Source: a virus
Lineage: Duplodnaviria; Heunggongvirae; Uroviricota; Caudoviricetes
Length of the DNA: 64,000 nt
IMG/VR virus record: IMGVR_UViG_3300032007_000002
Direction: 5' to 3' (one strand)
Part shown: positions 45,105 through 54,717 of the stretch, piece after piece
Position numbering within the stretch: position 1 is the stretch's first letter
Layout: each line of letters opens with the position of its first letter
Notes under the pieces: model-generated
What the model saw: only the letters and a program-made list of their open reading frames with translations
The model's database searches: none
What the model was told of the DNA's origin: nothing
Made by a program: the position numbers and the translations under genes

Positions 45105-45190
45105 TTGTGTCTCCTTGTTGATATTCCCCCTATGTGAACGGGGGAGGCGCCTTTTACACCTCCCCCGTGATTCCAGGAGATACAAATTTT

Positions 45191-45559
45191 TTATCTGACG
45201 AAGCTCTCGGCACCCTCGAAGAGCGGGATGCAGATGCTTTCGTGGTTGTCATCGTCCGGCAAATCGACAAAATCGACGATTTTCAAAGAAATCCTGCCCT
45301 TAATGTAGTAGAACATGCTGTCGAAGTTGTTCGGTTCGTGCGGCCACTTGGGATCGTCGACCTTCTTCATTACATCGTTCACGATGTCGAGGGCCGCCCA
45401 GAGCCGTGCGACGGGAACCTTCAGCAGTTCGAGGTCGGCTTCGGTCTTGGGGTAGTCGTAGATGTAGAACATGGCGGAAAGGGCCTTCGCAAGCGCTTCC
45501 GAGAAAGAAGTGAAGTCGTTGTCGCCGATGCGGACGACGAGGTAGGGTGCCTTGGACAT
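45191..45559 (-). CDS. Hypothetical protein
   Basis: Coupled to the upstream stop (TAATG). Confidence 0.65.
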   Translation of the reverse strand: MSKAPYLVVRIGDNDFTSFSEALAKALSAMFYIYDYPKTEADLELLKVPVARLWAALDIVNDVMKKVDDPKWPHEPNNFDSMFYYIKGRISLKIVDFVDLPDDDNHESICIPLFEGAESFVR

Positions 45560-45765
45560 TATTCCACCTCCACGTTGAGGGTGAGGACCATCGTGGGTTC
45601 GGTCAGGTTGTCCACGGACTGGATTTCGAGGTCTTGGTAGTCGCCCGGGAGGTTATCGCGGGTGCCGCGGAAAACTTCCTTGTTGGTCTTGAGGTCGTAG
45701 AGCGCAAATTCCTGTGTGTCGGAGTCTGCGAAGATGTCGAAAAAATCGTAAACAGTTTGGTTCAT
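45559..45765 (-). CDS. Small acidic protein (class A cassette)
   Basis: Element plus RBS. Confidence 0.65.
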   Translation of the reverse strand: MNQTVYDFFDIFADSDTQEFALYDLKTNKEVFRGTRDNLPGDYQDLEIQSVDNLTEPTMVLTLNVEVE

Positions 45766-45880
45766 GTTGTGTCTCCTTTTTGATGTTCCCCCTATGTTAC
45801 GGGGAGGGCGCCTCCGGGGAGGCTACCCGTGATTCCGTCGGGCTATCTTACCCTTGCCAAGGGTCGCCGGGCTGAAATAC

Positions 45881-46372
45881 TTATGCCGTCTCCGAGAGGA
45901 AGAAGCCAGGGACGATCGGTTCGCGGTTCGCGTCGCGCCTGCCCTTGAGGTAGTAGCGCTTGCGATTGAACAGCACATACTGGTTGCCGTCGTCGGTTTC
46001 CAGGTCCCCCTTCGTGAGGCACTCCTTGAGCTGGATGCTGTCTCCGACGAGGAGCTTGCCGTAGGGGATGGCGTGGCGGTTGCCGAACATGGGCTGCACC
46101 CAGTAGATGACCTTCATGACGGCGGGCTTGATGTCGAACGCCAGGCGCACCGCGTCGTGGTAGTTCACATCCTTGGCCCATTCCTGGCATTGTTGCAGGC
46201 AATACTGCCGGTAGGACTTGCGTTCGTCCTCGTCCTTGCACTTGGCGAGCTGCGAACGGATCCATTCGAGGTAGGCCTTGACCTTCGCCTTGTTGTGGGC
46301 GACGGTGTTCTTCCCGTTGGAAGGCTTCGCATTGGCGAAGGGCTTGGCGCCGATGTGGTGAAGTGTGCTCAT
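45881..46372 (-). CDS. Hypothetical protein (class A cassette)
   Basis: Element plus RBS. Confidence 0.7.
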   Translation of the reverse strand: MSTLHHIGAKPFANAKPSNGKNTVAHNKAKVKAYLEWIRSQLAKCKDEDERKSYRQYCLQQCQEWAKDVNYHDAVRLAFDIKPAVMKVIYWVQPMFGNRHAIPYGKLLVGDSIQLKECLTKGDLETDDGNQYVLFNRKRYYLKGRRDANREPIVPGFFLSETA

Positions 46373-46449
46373 GTCGTGTCTCCTTTCGATATTCCCCCTA
46401 TGTTACGGGGAGGGAGCCTCCGGGGAGGCCACCCGTGATTCCGTCGGCC

Positions 46450-46857
46450 CTATCGGATGAGGCCGAGGTGCCCTGCTTGTCCCTTGGAGTTGAAGCGCCA
46501 TTCGATGCGGTAGCCCTTGCGCCTGACCTCTTCGAGGGCCGTGTCGATTTCGTTCTCCGTCGGGCTGAACCATTCGTCGATGTTCGGGTAGATTGCGGGG
46601 TTCCTGGCATGGGCCTCCCTGCAATAGTCCATGTTGCTCTTGCAACCGATTCCGCAGGTGTAGGTGGAGCAGAACCCGCGCAGTACGCCGTCCTTGTCCG
46701 GCGACGCCCCGCAACAGATATGGTTGAAGTGGCGGCTGTAGGTTTCCTCCTTCTTGGAGAGGACGAAGGAAGCGACGAGCATCTTCACGTGCTTGTCGAA
46801 GGTTGCCTTTTCGGCGGTTTCGTTGAAATTGGGTACTTCGGGAACTTCGTATGCCAT
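46450..46857 (-). CDS. Hypothetical protein (class A cassette)
   Basis: Element plus RBS. Confidence 0.7.
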   Translation of the reverse strand: MAYEVPEVPNFNETAEKATFDKHVKMLVASFVLSKKEETYSRHFNHICCGASPDKDGVLRGFCSTYTCGIGCKSNMDYCREAHARNPAIYPNIDEWFSPTENEIDTALEEVRRKGYRIEWRFNSKGQAGHLGLIR

Positions 46858-46932
46858 GTTGTATCTCCTTTTGATATGCCCTCTATGTTACGGGGAGGGC
46901 GCCTCCGGGGAGGCTTCCCGTGATTCCGGCGG

Positions 46933-47937
46933 TTAGGCAATTTTTGCTAATAGCTTGCCCCAAAACCCTAAACGTGGTTTGGTTTCGTTCACCTCGGACT
47001 TTGATGGTTGCTGATATATTGCCGGAGCATCGGAGCATCGTTGGTCCACGTATTCATTATTAGGCGGGCGCGTTACCATTGATGCAGTATCATTAGGGTT
47101 AATATTAGTATTGGGGGTGGCATCAACTTTTACCGGGGTTATTTTCAATGGTTCAGTAAATGCTACGCCAAAATCTTTCATTTCGTTACGCCGTTTGGCC
47201 ATACGGGAGGCAGCTTCTGCATCTCGTCGAGCAATGAAATCAAGTTCGGTTATTGCCGGATAGTTCCAATTACCCCACCCAACATAGTTTTCGAGACCAG
47301 TTGCCCAATATTCGGCAGAGCTAATTTTATTGCCGTTTGGGTCAAAAAACTCAGTATTGTTGTGCCCAGGACGTTCAATTTTGCCAATTACCCCGGAAAG
47401 GTAAAAATGGGTCGATTTAATGAAAATGCCATCTTCGTTGGACACATATTGAACAGTAGGAATTCCGTTGTCAAGCCGATACTCAGTATTGATAATTGTT
47501 CCGTTAGCGTTTTTAACAATGGTTCTACTAGGGGTTCCGTTTTTGTGGTATTCATGCAAATCGGTGTTATCAAGTTTTCCATTGTGAAACAGTTTTTTTG
47601 CTGCTATTACACCATTGGGATGATAAATAATCTCAATGCCATCCTTTTTCCCATTTGCGTAAGCGGTCTCCGATTTCTTCACGCCATTCTCGAACAGAAC
47701 ACAGGTACCTTCTTTTTTGCCATTGAAGTACGGGATTTTACTTACTATTTGTCCCTTATAGAAAGTTTCTTCGTATATTCGCGTATTGTTTTCATACGTG
47801 GTAATTTTTGCCGGGTTGCCATCGGGGTCATAGCATGTTTGTAAGCCATGTTTTTTCCCATCAACATATTCAGTTTCTTTAATTATTTTACCTTGCGGCC
47901 CGAGTTCTTGAATTAGCCCGTTTTTCTTAGTTGCCAT
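46933..47937 (-). CDS. MORN-variant repeat protein (YwqK antitoxin-like), low GC
   Basis: Repeats YVDGKKHG, YFNGKKEG, YANGKKDG, FHNGKLD with Y.xNG spacing. Confidence 0.75.
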   Translation of the reverse strand: MATKKNGLIQELGPQGKIIKETEYVDGKKHGLQTCYDPDGNPAKITTYENNTRIYEETFYKGQIVSKIPYFNGKKEGTCVLFENGVKKSETAYANGKKDGIEIIYHPNGVIAAKKLFHNGKLDNTDLHEYHKNGTPSRTIVKNANGTIINTEYRLDNGIPTVQYVSNEDGIFIKSTHFYLSGVIGKIERPGHNNTEFFDPNGNKISSAEYWATGLENYVGWGNWNYPAITELDFIARRDAEAASRMAKRRNEMKDFGVAFTEPLKITPVKVDATPNTNINPNDTASMVTRPPNNEYVDQRCSDAPAIYQQPSKSEVNETKPRLGFWGKLLAKIA

Positions 47938-47951
47938 CTTGTATCTCCTGG

Positions 47952-48449
47952 TTAATTGCAATAATACGGATCGTTTACTCGTTTTATTACATTGATTCCA
48001 TTAGCATCGTAACACATTATATCTGTGGAGCCATAATTAGGTCGTGACCATTTTAATGTTCCGTCAGTTCGATAGCCATTTAGATCAGTAAATTTTACTC
48101 CGCTTCTCCAAAATTGGGTTCGCTCCGTTACAGAGCAGTCTATTGTTATAACATAGCAGGTTTCTATTCCACCATCTGGTTCATATTGATAAACATGCTC
48201 AATGTCGGATATTGAACATGAAACAGAATGGTATTCATAAAACGAATCATCTTTCCACGCATCACGATAAATTCCTAGTCCAACCGCCATTACAGTCCCA
48301 TTGGAAAATACATCCTGGTTTGAAATGTGTGTATAGGTTCCTGTTTTGTGCGGCGCGTGTAATATTGGAAAATTATCATTCCAATAATCACATTTTCCGG
48401 CAAACCCTATTCCTATTGCGCATAATGTTATAATAATGATACGTTTCAT
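47952..48449 (-). CDS. Secreted Cys-containing protein, low GC (class A cassette)
   Basis: Signal peptide MKRIIIITLCAIGIGFA after element and RBS. Confidence 0.65.
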   Translation of the reverse strand: MKRIIIITLCAIGIGFAGKCDYWNDNFPILHAPHKTGTYTHISNQDVFSNGTVMAVGLGIYRDAWKDDSFYEYHSVSCSISDIEHVYQYEPDGGIETCYVITIDCSVTERTQFWRSGVKFTDLNGYRTDGTLKWSRPNYGSTDIMCYDANGINVIKRVNDPYYCN

Positions 48450-48581
48450 TTCGTGTCTCCTTTTTGATATTCCCCCTATGTGATCCGCAGGCGCCACCCG
48501 GAGGGCGTTCCCGTGATTCCGGCGCCGGATAATAAAAAATTTGGGAGGGGATCGACCCCTCCCTGCCAGGAGATACAAAAC

Positions 48582-48671
48582 TTACTTCTTGCGTTCTACC
48601 TTGGCCGCCACGAGTTCCGAGGGATTGCTCGGGTTCGGGACGAGCATCGGGGCTGAATATGTTTCGTTCAT
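48582..48671 (-). CDS. Possible 29-aa peptide
   Basis: MNETYSAPMLVPNPSNPSELVAAKVERKK, GAGGA RBS; hand-translated. Confidence 0.35.
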   Translation of the reverse strand: MNETYSAPMLVPNPSNPSELVAAKVERKK

Positions 48672-48749
48672 GAAATCCTCTAAAATTGAAAATTAAAATT
48701 TACTGAAAGGGGCGGGGGTGGCCCGCCCCTGTTATCGGAGATACGAAGA

Positions 48750-49454
48750 TTAAATTTTTTCGTAGTGGTAGCCGTCCGCCATCTTCGGATGGAATTCGCC
48801 CGTGGAGCGGTAGCCTGCACGCTTGATGATGCGGTTGTGGCACTCGTAGCCGACAGCGTCGTCGAAGCGGAAGCCCGTGTAGCCCACATGGTAGCCGTAG
48901 GTCTTCGATTCGCTCCCCGTGGCCTTGCTTTCCTTCATGTCGAGCCAGGCGCAGGTCGCCACGATGCGGTCGAAAACAATATTTTCCTTGAAGGCGGTGG
49001 CGGTGGCCGTGCTTTCCTTGTCGAAGCCGCACCCGCCGATGGACGGGCTGGAGGTGTAGCCGTCGGCCCACACTTCCGCGGTCGGGTTGCTTCCCCACAT
49101 GCGGCTCTTCTTCCAGTTCACCTCGACCCTGATGGAGGCCGGGAGGTTGCGGGAGAAGGCGTCCGTGAGGCGCTTGATGGCGGTTTCGGCATCCTTCGCG
49201 TCGTTCTCGTTTTCCTTCGCGATACGGGCCTTGCGGAGTTCCGCGATGGTGGTCTTGCCCGCTTCGAGCTTGTTGAGTTCGCGCTTGCCGAAACTGCGCT
49301 TCACGTCTTCGTCGGTGAGCTTGCCGACGTATTCCGCGTTGCGCTTCTGCGCCTTCTTCAGTTCGTCGCGGATGGCCTTCACCGCCCATGCGAGGATGGT
49401 GGCCGGGTTGGCGCGGCGGAGGGTCTTTGCTGCATCAAACTTCTTCTGTTCCAT
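48750..49454 (-). CDS. Conserved-type phage hypothetical protein (class A cassette)
   Basis: WKKSRMWGSNP...GGCGFDKESTA...YG...AVG pattern. Confidence 0.75.
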   Translation of the reverse strand: MEQKKFDAAKTLRRANPATILAWAVKAIRDELKKAQKRNAEYVGKLTDEDVKRSFGKRELNKLEAGKTTIAELRKARIAKENENDAKDAETAIKRLTDAFSRNLPASIRVEVNWKKSRMWGSNPTAEVWADGYTSSPSIGGCGFDKESTATATAFKENIVFDRIVATCAWLDMKESKATGSESKTYGYHVGYTGFRFDDAVGYECHNRIIKRAGYRSTGEFHPKMADGYHYEKI

Positions 49455-49541
49455 GGTGTATCTCCTTTGTTGATTGGGAACAACCCCTCTATGTGACGCC
49501 GGGGAGGCGCCGGGGGTTCGTTCCCGTGATTCCGTCGGCCC

Positions 49542-49946
49542 CTACCAGTTCCGGCAGATGCCTGCGGGAACGATCATCGGGTTGACCTCGATGCCCAGGA
49601 TGGACAGCTGGAGGCTCACGTTGACCTTCGCTCCCGCCATCGAGGTAATGACGAGGGCCTTGCGTTCGCTCAGCCTTTTCGCGAGGGTGTTGACAAATTT
49701 TTCGTCCTGCCAATACTTCCCGGAGAGCAACACGGGGTTGTGGACGGGTTCCCCCTTCTTGCCCGTGACGATGGCGGCGGGTTCCATGCGGACGCTTCCG
49801 AGTTCCACCACGGGGGAGGTGCATTTCTTCAATACTTTCACGATTTCCACGGCGGCCTTCCTGCGGGTTGCTTCGAGGGATGCCGGGGCGGTATGGGTAA
49901 TCCTGCCCGGGAACGATTCGTTGAACGCGAGGATGTATTCTTTCAT
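49542..49946 (-). CDS. Hypothetical protein (class A cassette)
   Basis: Element plus RBS. Confidence 0.7.
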   Translation of the reverse strand: MKEYILAFNESFPGRITHTAPASLEATRRKAAVEIVKVLKKCTSPVVELGSVRMEPAAIVTGKKGEPVHNPVLLSGKYWQDEKFVNTLAKRLSERKALVITSMAGAKVNVSLQLSILGIEVNPMIVPAGICRNW

Positions 49947-50113
49947 TCCGTATCTCCTTTGGATATGCCCTCTATGTTACGGGGAGGCGCCTTTCCCGAT
50001 CCGTTCCCGTGATTCCGGCGACGTAAAGAAAAAATCCGGGGCGGGCCATCGGGGCCAATCCGATCCCATCGGGGACCTTTGACCGCAGCCCGGTTGCCGT
50101 CCCGGGAGGGAAA

Positions 50114-50515
50114 TTAGAAGCCGTGCTCGAACATGCGGTTCACGCAATCGCCGATCTGTTCAAACGAGCAGTAGTTGTTGGAGCCGCCCGTCCAGTCCTT
50201 TTCGTGGGCCATTGTGCGGTAGAGGACCTGGTCGTACCACGTTCCACGGCCACCGTCGCGGATGTCGCTGATATGGACATAGACGTGCTTGCCGTCCTTC
50301 TTGAACACGGCGGAGCAGTCGAAGTAGTTGTATTCAACCTTCGCCTCGGCGCCGATCTTCTTGGCCATGGCCTTCAGTTCGCGGCGGAGGACCGGGGCGA
50401 ACTCGCCCTTTGCGTAGTTGGCGTGCGGGTAGTCGCCCCAATACTTTTCGGGCACGTCGCAGTTGTTGAAGTCGTAATGCTTGAAGCTGAGGACTGTTTT
50501 CTTGGAAGTAGCCAT
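50114..50515 (-). CDS. Conserved-type phage hypothetical protein (class A cassette)
   Basis: YVHISDIR...LYRTM.HEKDWTGGSNNY pattern. Confidence 0.7.
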   Translation of the reverse strand: MATSKKTVLSFKHYDFNNCDVPEKYWGDYPHANYAKGEFAPVLRRELKAMAKKIGAEAKVEYNYFDCSAVFKKDGKHVYVHISDIRDGGRGTWYDQVLYRTMAHEKDWTGGSNNYCSFEQIGDCVNRMFEHGF

Positions 50516-50602
50516 TTCGTATCTCCTTGTTGCTGTTGGCTGATGTTCCCTCTATGTGACCGGGGGAGGGCAAGGGGATCGCTCCCCCGTGATTCCGTCG
50601 CC

Positions 50603-50854
50603 CTATGCGGAGTATATGTCGATGAAGTTGTCGGGGCCGTCGAGTTTCGTCTTGTCCACCTTGCGGCTCACGTAGTAGGTTCCCCACTTGTAGTCGACGC
50701 GGTGTCGCCCCCTTCCCCGTGCCGATGCAGGCTCGTTCACTTTGTGAAAACTTCCTTCCCCGCGCACCATGTAGGCCACGATTTCGCGGTCGCGCTTGTC
50801 CGCTAGGGCCTTTATGTCTTCGGGGTCGTTGTAATATCCGAGATGGGTCGCCAT
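50603..50854 (-). CDS. Hypothetical protein
   Basis: GGAGG RBS. Confidence 0.6.
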   Translation of the reverse strand: MATHLGYYNDPEDIKALADKRDREIVAYMVRGEGSFHKVNEPASARGRGRHRVDYKWGTYYVSRKVDKTKLDGPDNFIDIYSA

Positions 50855-50878
50855 GAGGTTCCTCCAAAATTGTAAATT

Positions 50879-51436
50879 TTATTTATCCTTTTCGTCGTCG
50901 TAGTCGGAGAGGGCCTCTTCCGCGTCGTTCATGGCCTGGTCGAGTTCCCCGGCGGCTTCCGCGAGGTCGCGCAGTACCTTTTCCGGGTCGTGGGTTTCCG
51001 GGTAGTGGTAGCCCTCGATGATGGCCTTGTCGCCTTCCGCGTTCTCGTCGAGCAGACGGATGGAGCGGTCTTCCGGGTCGATTACGCCGCGGACATAGGA
51101 ATAGTTGGCGAGGTATTCGACGCGCCCGGCGTAGATGGAGAACGACATGCCCTCGTCGGCGAGGCTCTTGATGGTTTCCGGGGGGAAGTCGCGGACGATG
51201 CGGGCCAGCTGCATGAGGTCCTCGAAGGTGTGCATCTTCGGGGTGAGGGCCACTTCCCCGCAATAGTTCGCGTCGGCGAACAGGTCCTTCCCGTCGAGGG
51301 ATGCGGAAAGCAGTTCCGTGTCGTTGGGCGGGCAGTGCATGGCTTCGCCTTCCCAATCTTTTAAAAGGTCGAGAAGTTCAATTTCGCGGGTTTCGATTTC
51401 GTCGCTGTGGGCGTTTTTAAAAGAAATTTTCAACAT
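50879..51436 (-). CDS. Acidic hypothetical protein (class A cassette)
   Basis: Element plus RBS. Confidence 0.7.
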   Translation of the reverse strand: MLKISFKNAHSDEIETREIELLDLLKDWEGEAMHCPPNDTELLSASLDGKDLFADANYCGEVALTPKMHTFEDLMQLARIVRDFPPETIKSLADEGMSFSIYAGRVEYLANYSYVRGVIDPEDRSIRLLDENAEGDKAIIEGYHYPETHDPEKVLRDLAEAAGELDQAMNDAEEALSDYDDEKDK

Positions 51437-51559
51437 TTCAGTATCTCCTTTCTGATACGCTGAATATGTGACGGCGGGGGCCGGATCAGGCCGGGATTCC
51501 GTGATTCCGGTCCCGTCCGGTGGTTTGCGGGCATACGGGTAAGCCCTCCCCTGCCGTCT

Positions 51560-51943
51560 TTAATTGCTGTTCCCCGGCGCCTTCGGCATGTACGCGCCGA
51601 GCTTCTTGACTTCCTGCACGGGGCCGCATGGGTCGTTCTCGTCGCACTCGGCCTGGTAGTGCTCCACAATGGCCTTCACATGTTCCGGGTCGCACTTGTC
51701 CGTTCCCGGGCGGCTGATGCTCGTATAGTCGGACTTCGCCTCGTCGTGGTAGTAGCTGCTGCCCGTTTCGGTGCAGAGGCACTCCATCCATCGGCGCGAC
51801 CCGTCGCAGTTCCAGTAGAAGATTACCGGGAACCATGCCTTCTGATACTTGTTGTATTCCTGGCGGAGGGCGAAGACGTTTTTCCAAGTTTTCTTGATCT
51901 TGGCGCCTTTCTTGAGAATTTTGAAAATTAAACTTTTTGCCAT
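51560..51943 (-). CDS. Hypothetical protein (class A cassette)
   Basis: Element plus RBS. Confidence 0.7.
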   Translation of the reverse strand: MAKSLIFKILKKGAKIKKTWKNVFALRQEYNKYQKAWFPVIFYWNCDGSRRWMECLCTETGSSYYHDEAKSDYTSISRPGTDKCDPEHVKAIVEHYQAECDENDPCGPVQEVKKLGAYMPKAPGNSN

Positions 51944-52021
51944 TGTCGTATCTCCTTTCTGACAACCCCCCTATGTGACGGGGGAAGGAAGGGGGAGAGG
52001 TCTCCCCCGTGATTCCGTCGG

Positions 52022-52432
52022 CTATGCGATTTCCTGCATCTTCTCGATTTCGTCCGCTGTCCACATGCTCGAGACATGCTTCCATTCCTTGCAGACGGCC
52101 TTGTAGATGCTTTCGACCTTGCGGGAATCGCTGTCGTACCCGAACTCCCCGCAGAAGTTCTCGAAGGAACCCGGGTCGTTCTTTGTGAGGCAGGCAAGCA
52201 CGTCGTAGGCGTTCGGGGCCTTGTCTCCGGCGTCGTAGGACTGGCCGAAGGTGAGCTTGAAGCGCTTCTTTCCGCGCTTGAAGGTCACGGGGAAGCGGTA
52301 GCGGGGCTTCTTGTCGTCGTTGAAGTGCAGGCCGAATTCCGGCTCGCCAACTTCCATGGTGGTTCCCGTCTCTTCGAGGAACTGCTTGCCCTGGAGTTCA
52401 AATTCTGCGGTGGTCTTGGGATCTTTAATCAT
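52022..52432 (-). CDS. Conserved-type phage hypothetical protein (class A cassette)
   Basis: PNAYDVLACL...FENFCGEFGYDSDSRK...Y pattern. Confidence 0.75.
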   Translation of the reverse strand: MIKDPKTTAEFELQGKQFLEETGTTMEVGEPEFGLHFNDDKKPRYRFPVTFKRGKKRFKLTFGQSYDAGDKAPNAYDVLACLTKNDPGSFENFCGEFGYDSDSRKVESIYKAVCKEWKHVSSMWTADEIEKMQEIA

Positions 52433-52593
52433 GTCGTGTCTCCTTGTTGGTGATGTTCCCCCTATGTGACACGGGGGAGGCGCCTGTACACCTCCCCCGT
52501 GATTCCGGGAGATACAAAAGTCAAAAGATGGCGCGGCCTATTGGTACCAGGTTGGTACCAGTCCGGGTCGCGCCGGAGGGGAGATACTAAATT

Positions 52594-53133
52594 CTAAAAG
52601 TGGTCGGCGCAGGTGAGCCACCTTTCCGCGCTTTCCCACCCGGTATTCCCGGCGCGGTTCCAGGGCTTGTCGAGGGTGGAACCGATGCAGAGGGCGAAAG
52701 TGTCGGAAGCCTTCGCGGCTTCGTCCTTTGCGCGGTCGAGTTCGTCCTCGTTACAGCTCTCGGAGACGGCTGTCACGCTGTGGCCGTTGGTGTAGAGGTC
52801 GTAGTAGTTGAGTTCCTCGTCGCCGGAGAGGTGGGCGATGTCGCGTTCCCATTCGACGCGTTCCTTGCTCATGCTGTCGATGTCCGGGAGCCATTCGAGG
52901 GCTACGACGTGGGTCTTGCCGTCGCTGGTGAGCTCCCCGCTCATTTCCTCCACGTTCGAGACCACGATGGCGAGGCGCAGGGCGATCTTGCCGGACTTGG
53001 TCTCAACTTCGGTCGTGGTCTTGCAGGGGTAAACGTCCTCGGAACAGCCACCGCAAAAGATGCTGTCGTCGAACTTTTCTGTAAACGGGGCGAGCTGTTC
53101 GTTCTCGTCGATGAGGATGCCAAATCTTTTCAT
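52594..53133 (-). CDS. Hypothetical protein (class A cassette)
   Basis: Start MKRFGIL; LDKPWNRAGNTGW motif. Confidence 0.7.
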   Translation of the reverse strand: MKRFGILIDENEQLAPFTEKFDDSIFCGGCSEDVYPCKTTTEVETKSGKIALRLAIVVSNVEEMSGELTSDGKTHVVALEWLPDIDSMSKERVEWERDIAHLSGDEELNYYDLYTNGHSVTAVSESCNEDELDRAKDEAAKASDTFALCIGSTLDKPWNRAGNTGWESAERWLTCADHF

Positions 53134-53249
53134 GTCGTATCTCCTGTTGGTGCTCCCTCTATGTGACGGCCCGGAAAATGAAAAAATATTTCCCGTGATT
53201 CCGGCGCCGGGTGGCAAAAAATAAATCCCGCCGGGTGGCGGGGTTGGGG

Positions 53250-53780
53250 TTAGGACTTTGAAGTCTTTACGGCGTAGATTTGGCGCCATCCGTTGCTGTC
53301 GACAAACGAGATGTATTGTTCGCCGTTGGTTTGCAGCTTGTCAAGGTATTTTGCCTTGATGTCGTTGAAGAGTTCCATGCAATACTCTTCATCGCCGATG
53401 CGGATGATGGCGGTGTCCGGTAAGGTTTCGCCGTTGTTGTAGTCGGTCGTATGGCAGAGGGCATAGTTCGCGTTGTCGCGGGCTTTCTTGATTTCGCCAT
53501 CAACATGTGTGCTGAACTTTTCGAGAACACAGTTCTCGATATGTTCGCGCAGCTGGCGCGTTACCGGGAAGACGATGGAACGCGGGATGTCGTCGCGCAT
53601 TTCCTTCGGATAGCTCACGTAGTAGCCGTTCGGGCCATTACATACGCAGAGCTCGCGGATTATGATCTGGTCGTTGAGGACGACGGTTGCGAGGGCGACA
53701 ACCTTGCCCACTGCGGTCTTGGGAAGGGCGCTGATGGTGACGGCGGTAACTGCGAGGCAGTCGAAAGCAGAATTTTCCAT
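53250..53780 (-). CDS. spoVG: SpoVG-family nucleic-acid-binding protein with C-terminal extension (class A cassette)
   Basis: ALATVVLNDQIIIREL.V.NGPNGYYVSYP...SIVFPVTRQLREHIENCVLEKF. Confidence 0.75.
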   Translation of the reverse strand: MENSAFDCLAVTAVTISALPKTAVGKVVALATVVLNDQIIIRELCVCNGPNGYYVSYPKEMRDDIPRSIVFPVTRQLREHIENCVLEKFSTHVDGEIKKARDNANYALCHTTDYNNGETLPDTAIIRIGDEEYCMELFNDIKAKYLDKLQTNGEQYISFVDSNGWRQIYAVKTSKS

Positions 53781-53867
53781 AAGTATCTCCTTTTGGTGAT
53801 GTTCCCCCTATGTGACCGGGGGAAGGCAGGGGGATCGCTCCCCCGTGATTCCGTGGCTTACCCTACA

Positions 53868-54239
53868 TTATGCCCAAAACTGGAAGCTGTAGGTCATGCC
53901 GTCGCAGAACGCGATGTATTCCGTCTTGTCCGCGTTGGACGGGGCGCAGGTGAGCTTGCCCTCGGCGAACTTCTTGAGGAGTTCGACGGCCTCTTTCGCC
54001 GCGTCCCCGTGTTCATCGTCGAGCACGGCGATGCAGTTGCGGGTGCGGTCGGGGCCGATGGCCACCTTGACGCCGCGGATGTAAACATAGTGCTGTTCGC
54101 CTTCCATGCCGTCGAGGATGTCATCTTGGGAAAGGCCCTCGAAGAGTTCCCCGCCGGGGATGTCGTCGCCGAACACGCGGAAGATGATTTGGTTGTTGGG
54201 GGCGAATGGATTTTCGTGGGACTGCTTGAAAGCGTTCAT
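53868..54239 (-). CDS. Hypothetical protein (class A cassette)
   Basis: Element plus RBS. Confidence 0.7.
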   Translation of the reverse strand: MNAFKQSHENPFAPNNQIIFRVFGDDIPGGELFEGLSQDDILDGMEGEQHYVYIRGVKVAIGPDRTRNCIAVLDDEHGDAAKEAVELLKKFAEGKLTCAPSNADKTEYIAFCDGMTYSFQFWA

Positions 54240-54358
54240 AGGTATCTCCTTTTGATGCTCCCCCTATGTTACGGGGAAAGGACCACGGGGGATGTTCCCC
54301 GTGATTCCGGGTCGCGGGTGGCGGGCGCCACGGCATTTAAGTCGCCCGCTCCCCCCGC

Positions 54359-54673
54359 TTAGTCCATGTTGACGGGGTCGACGCACTGGTTTTCCTCGTA
54401 CATGGAGTTCACTTCCGTGTCGAGGATAACCCCGTAAAGCCCTAAAGATTGAAGTTCGCCCACGTCGATGCTTTCTGCTTCCTCGTCGGCCTTGGCGTCA
54501 TATACCCCGCGTTCGCCCATTTCAAGCTCGCAGGGGACGACCTTGAGGTCGGTTGACCAGCCCACGTGGTCGCTGTGGGCGATTATACGGCAGTTCTCGG
54601 CGCGGATCAAGTCCATCAGCTCGGATGCCTTGTCCTGGATTTTCTTCAAGGTTTCTTCGGAAAGTTTTCTCAT
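54359..54673 (-). CDS. Hypothetical protein (class A cassette)
   Basis: Start MRKLSEE after element and RBS. Confidence 0.7.
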   Translation of the reverse strand: MRKLSEETLKKIQDKASELMDLIRAENCRIIAHSDHVGWSTDLKVVPCELEMGERGVYDAKADEEAESIDVGELQSLGLYGVILDTEVNSMYEENQCVDPVNMD

Positions 54674-54717
54674 GGTATCTCCTTTGATGCTCCCCCTATG
54701 ATACGGGGAAAGGAAAA

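Noticed and set aside
29678-54673. Possible family linking 29678..30010, the C-terminus of 37399..38001 and 54359..54673
   Set aside because: Only a vague helix-strand-strand-Pro pattern; too weak without a profile search.
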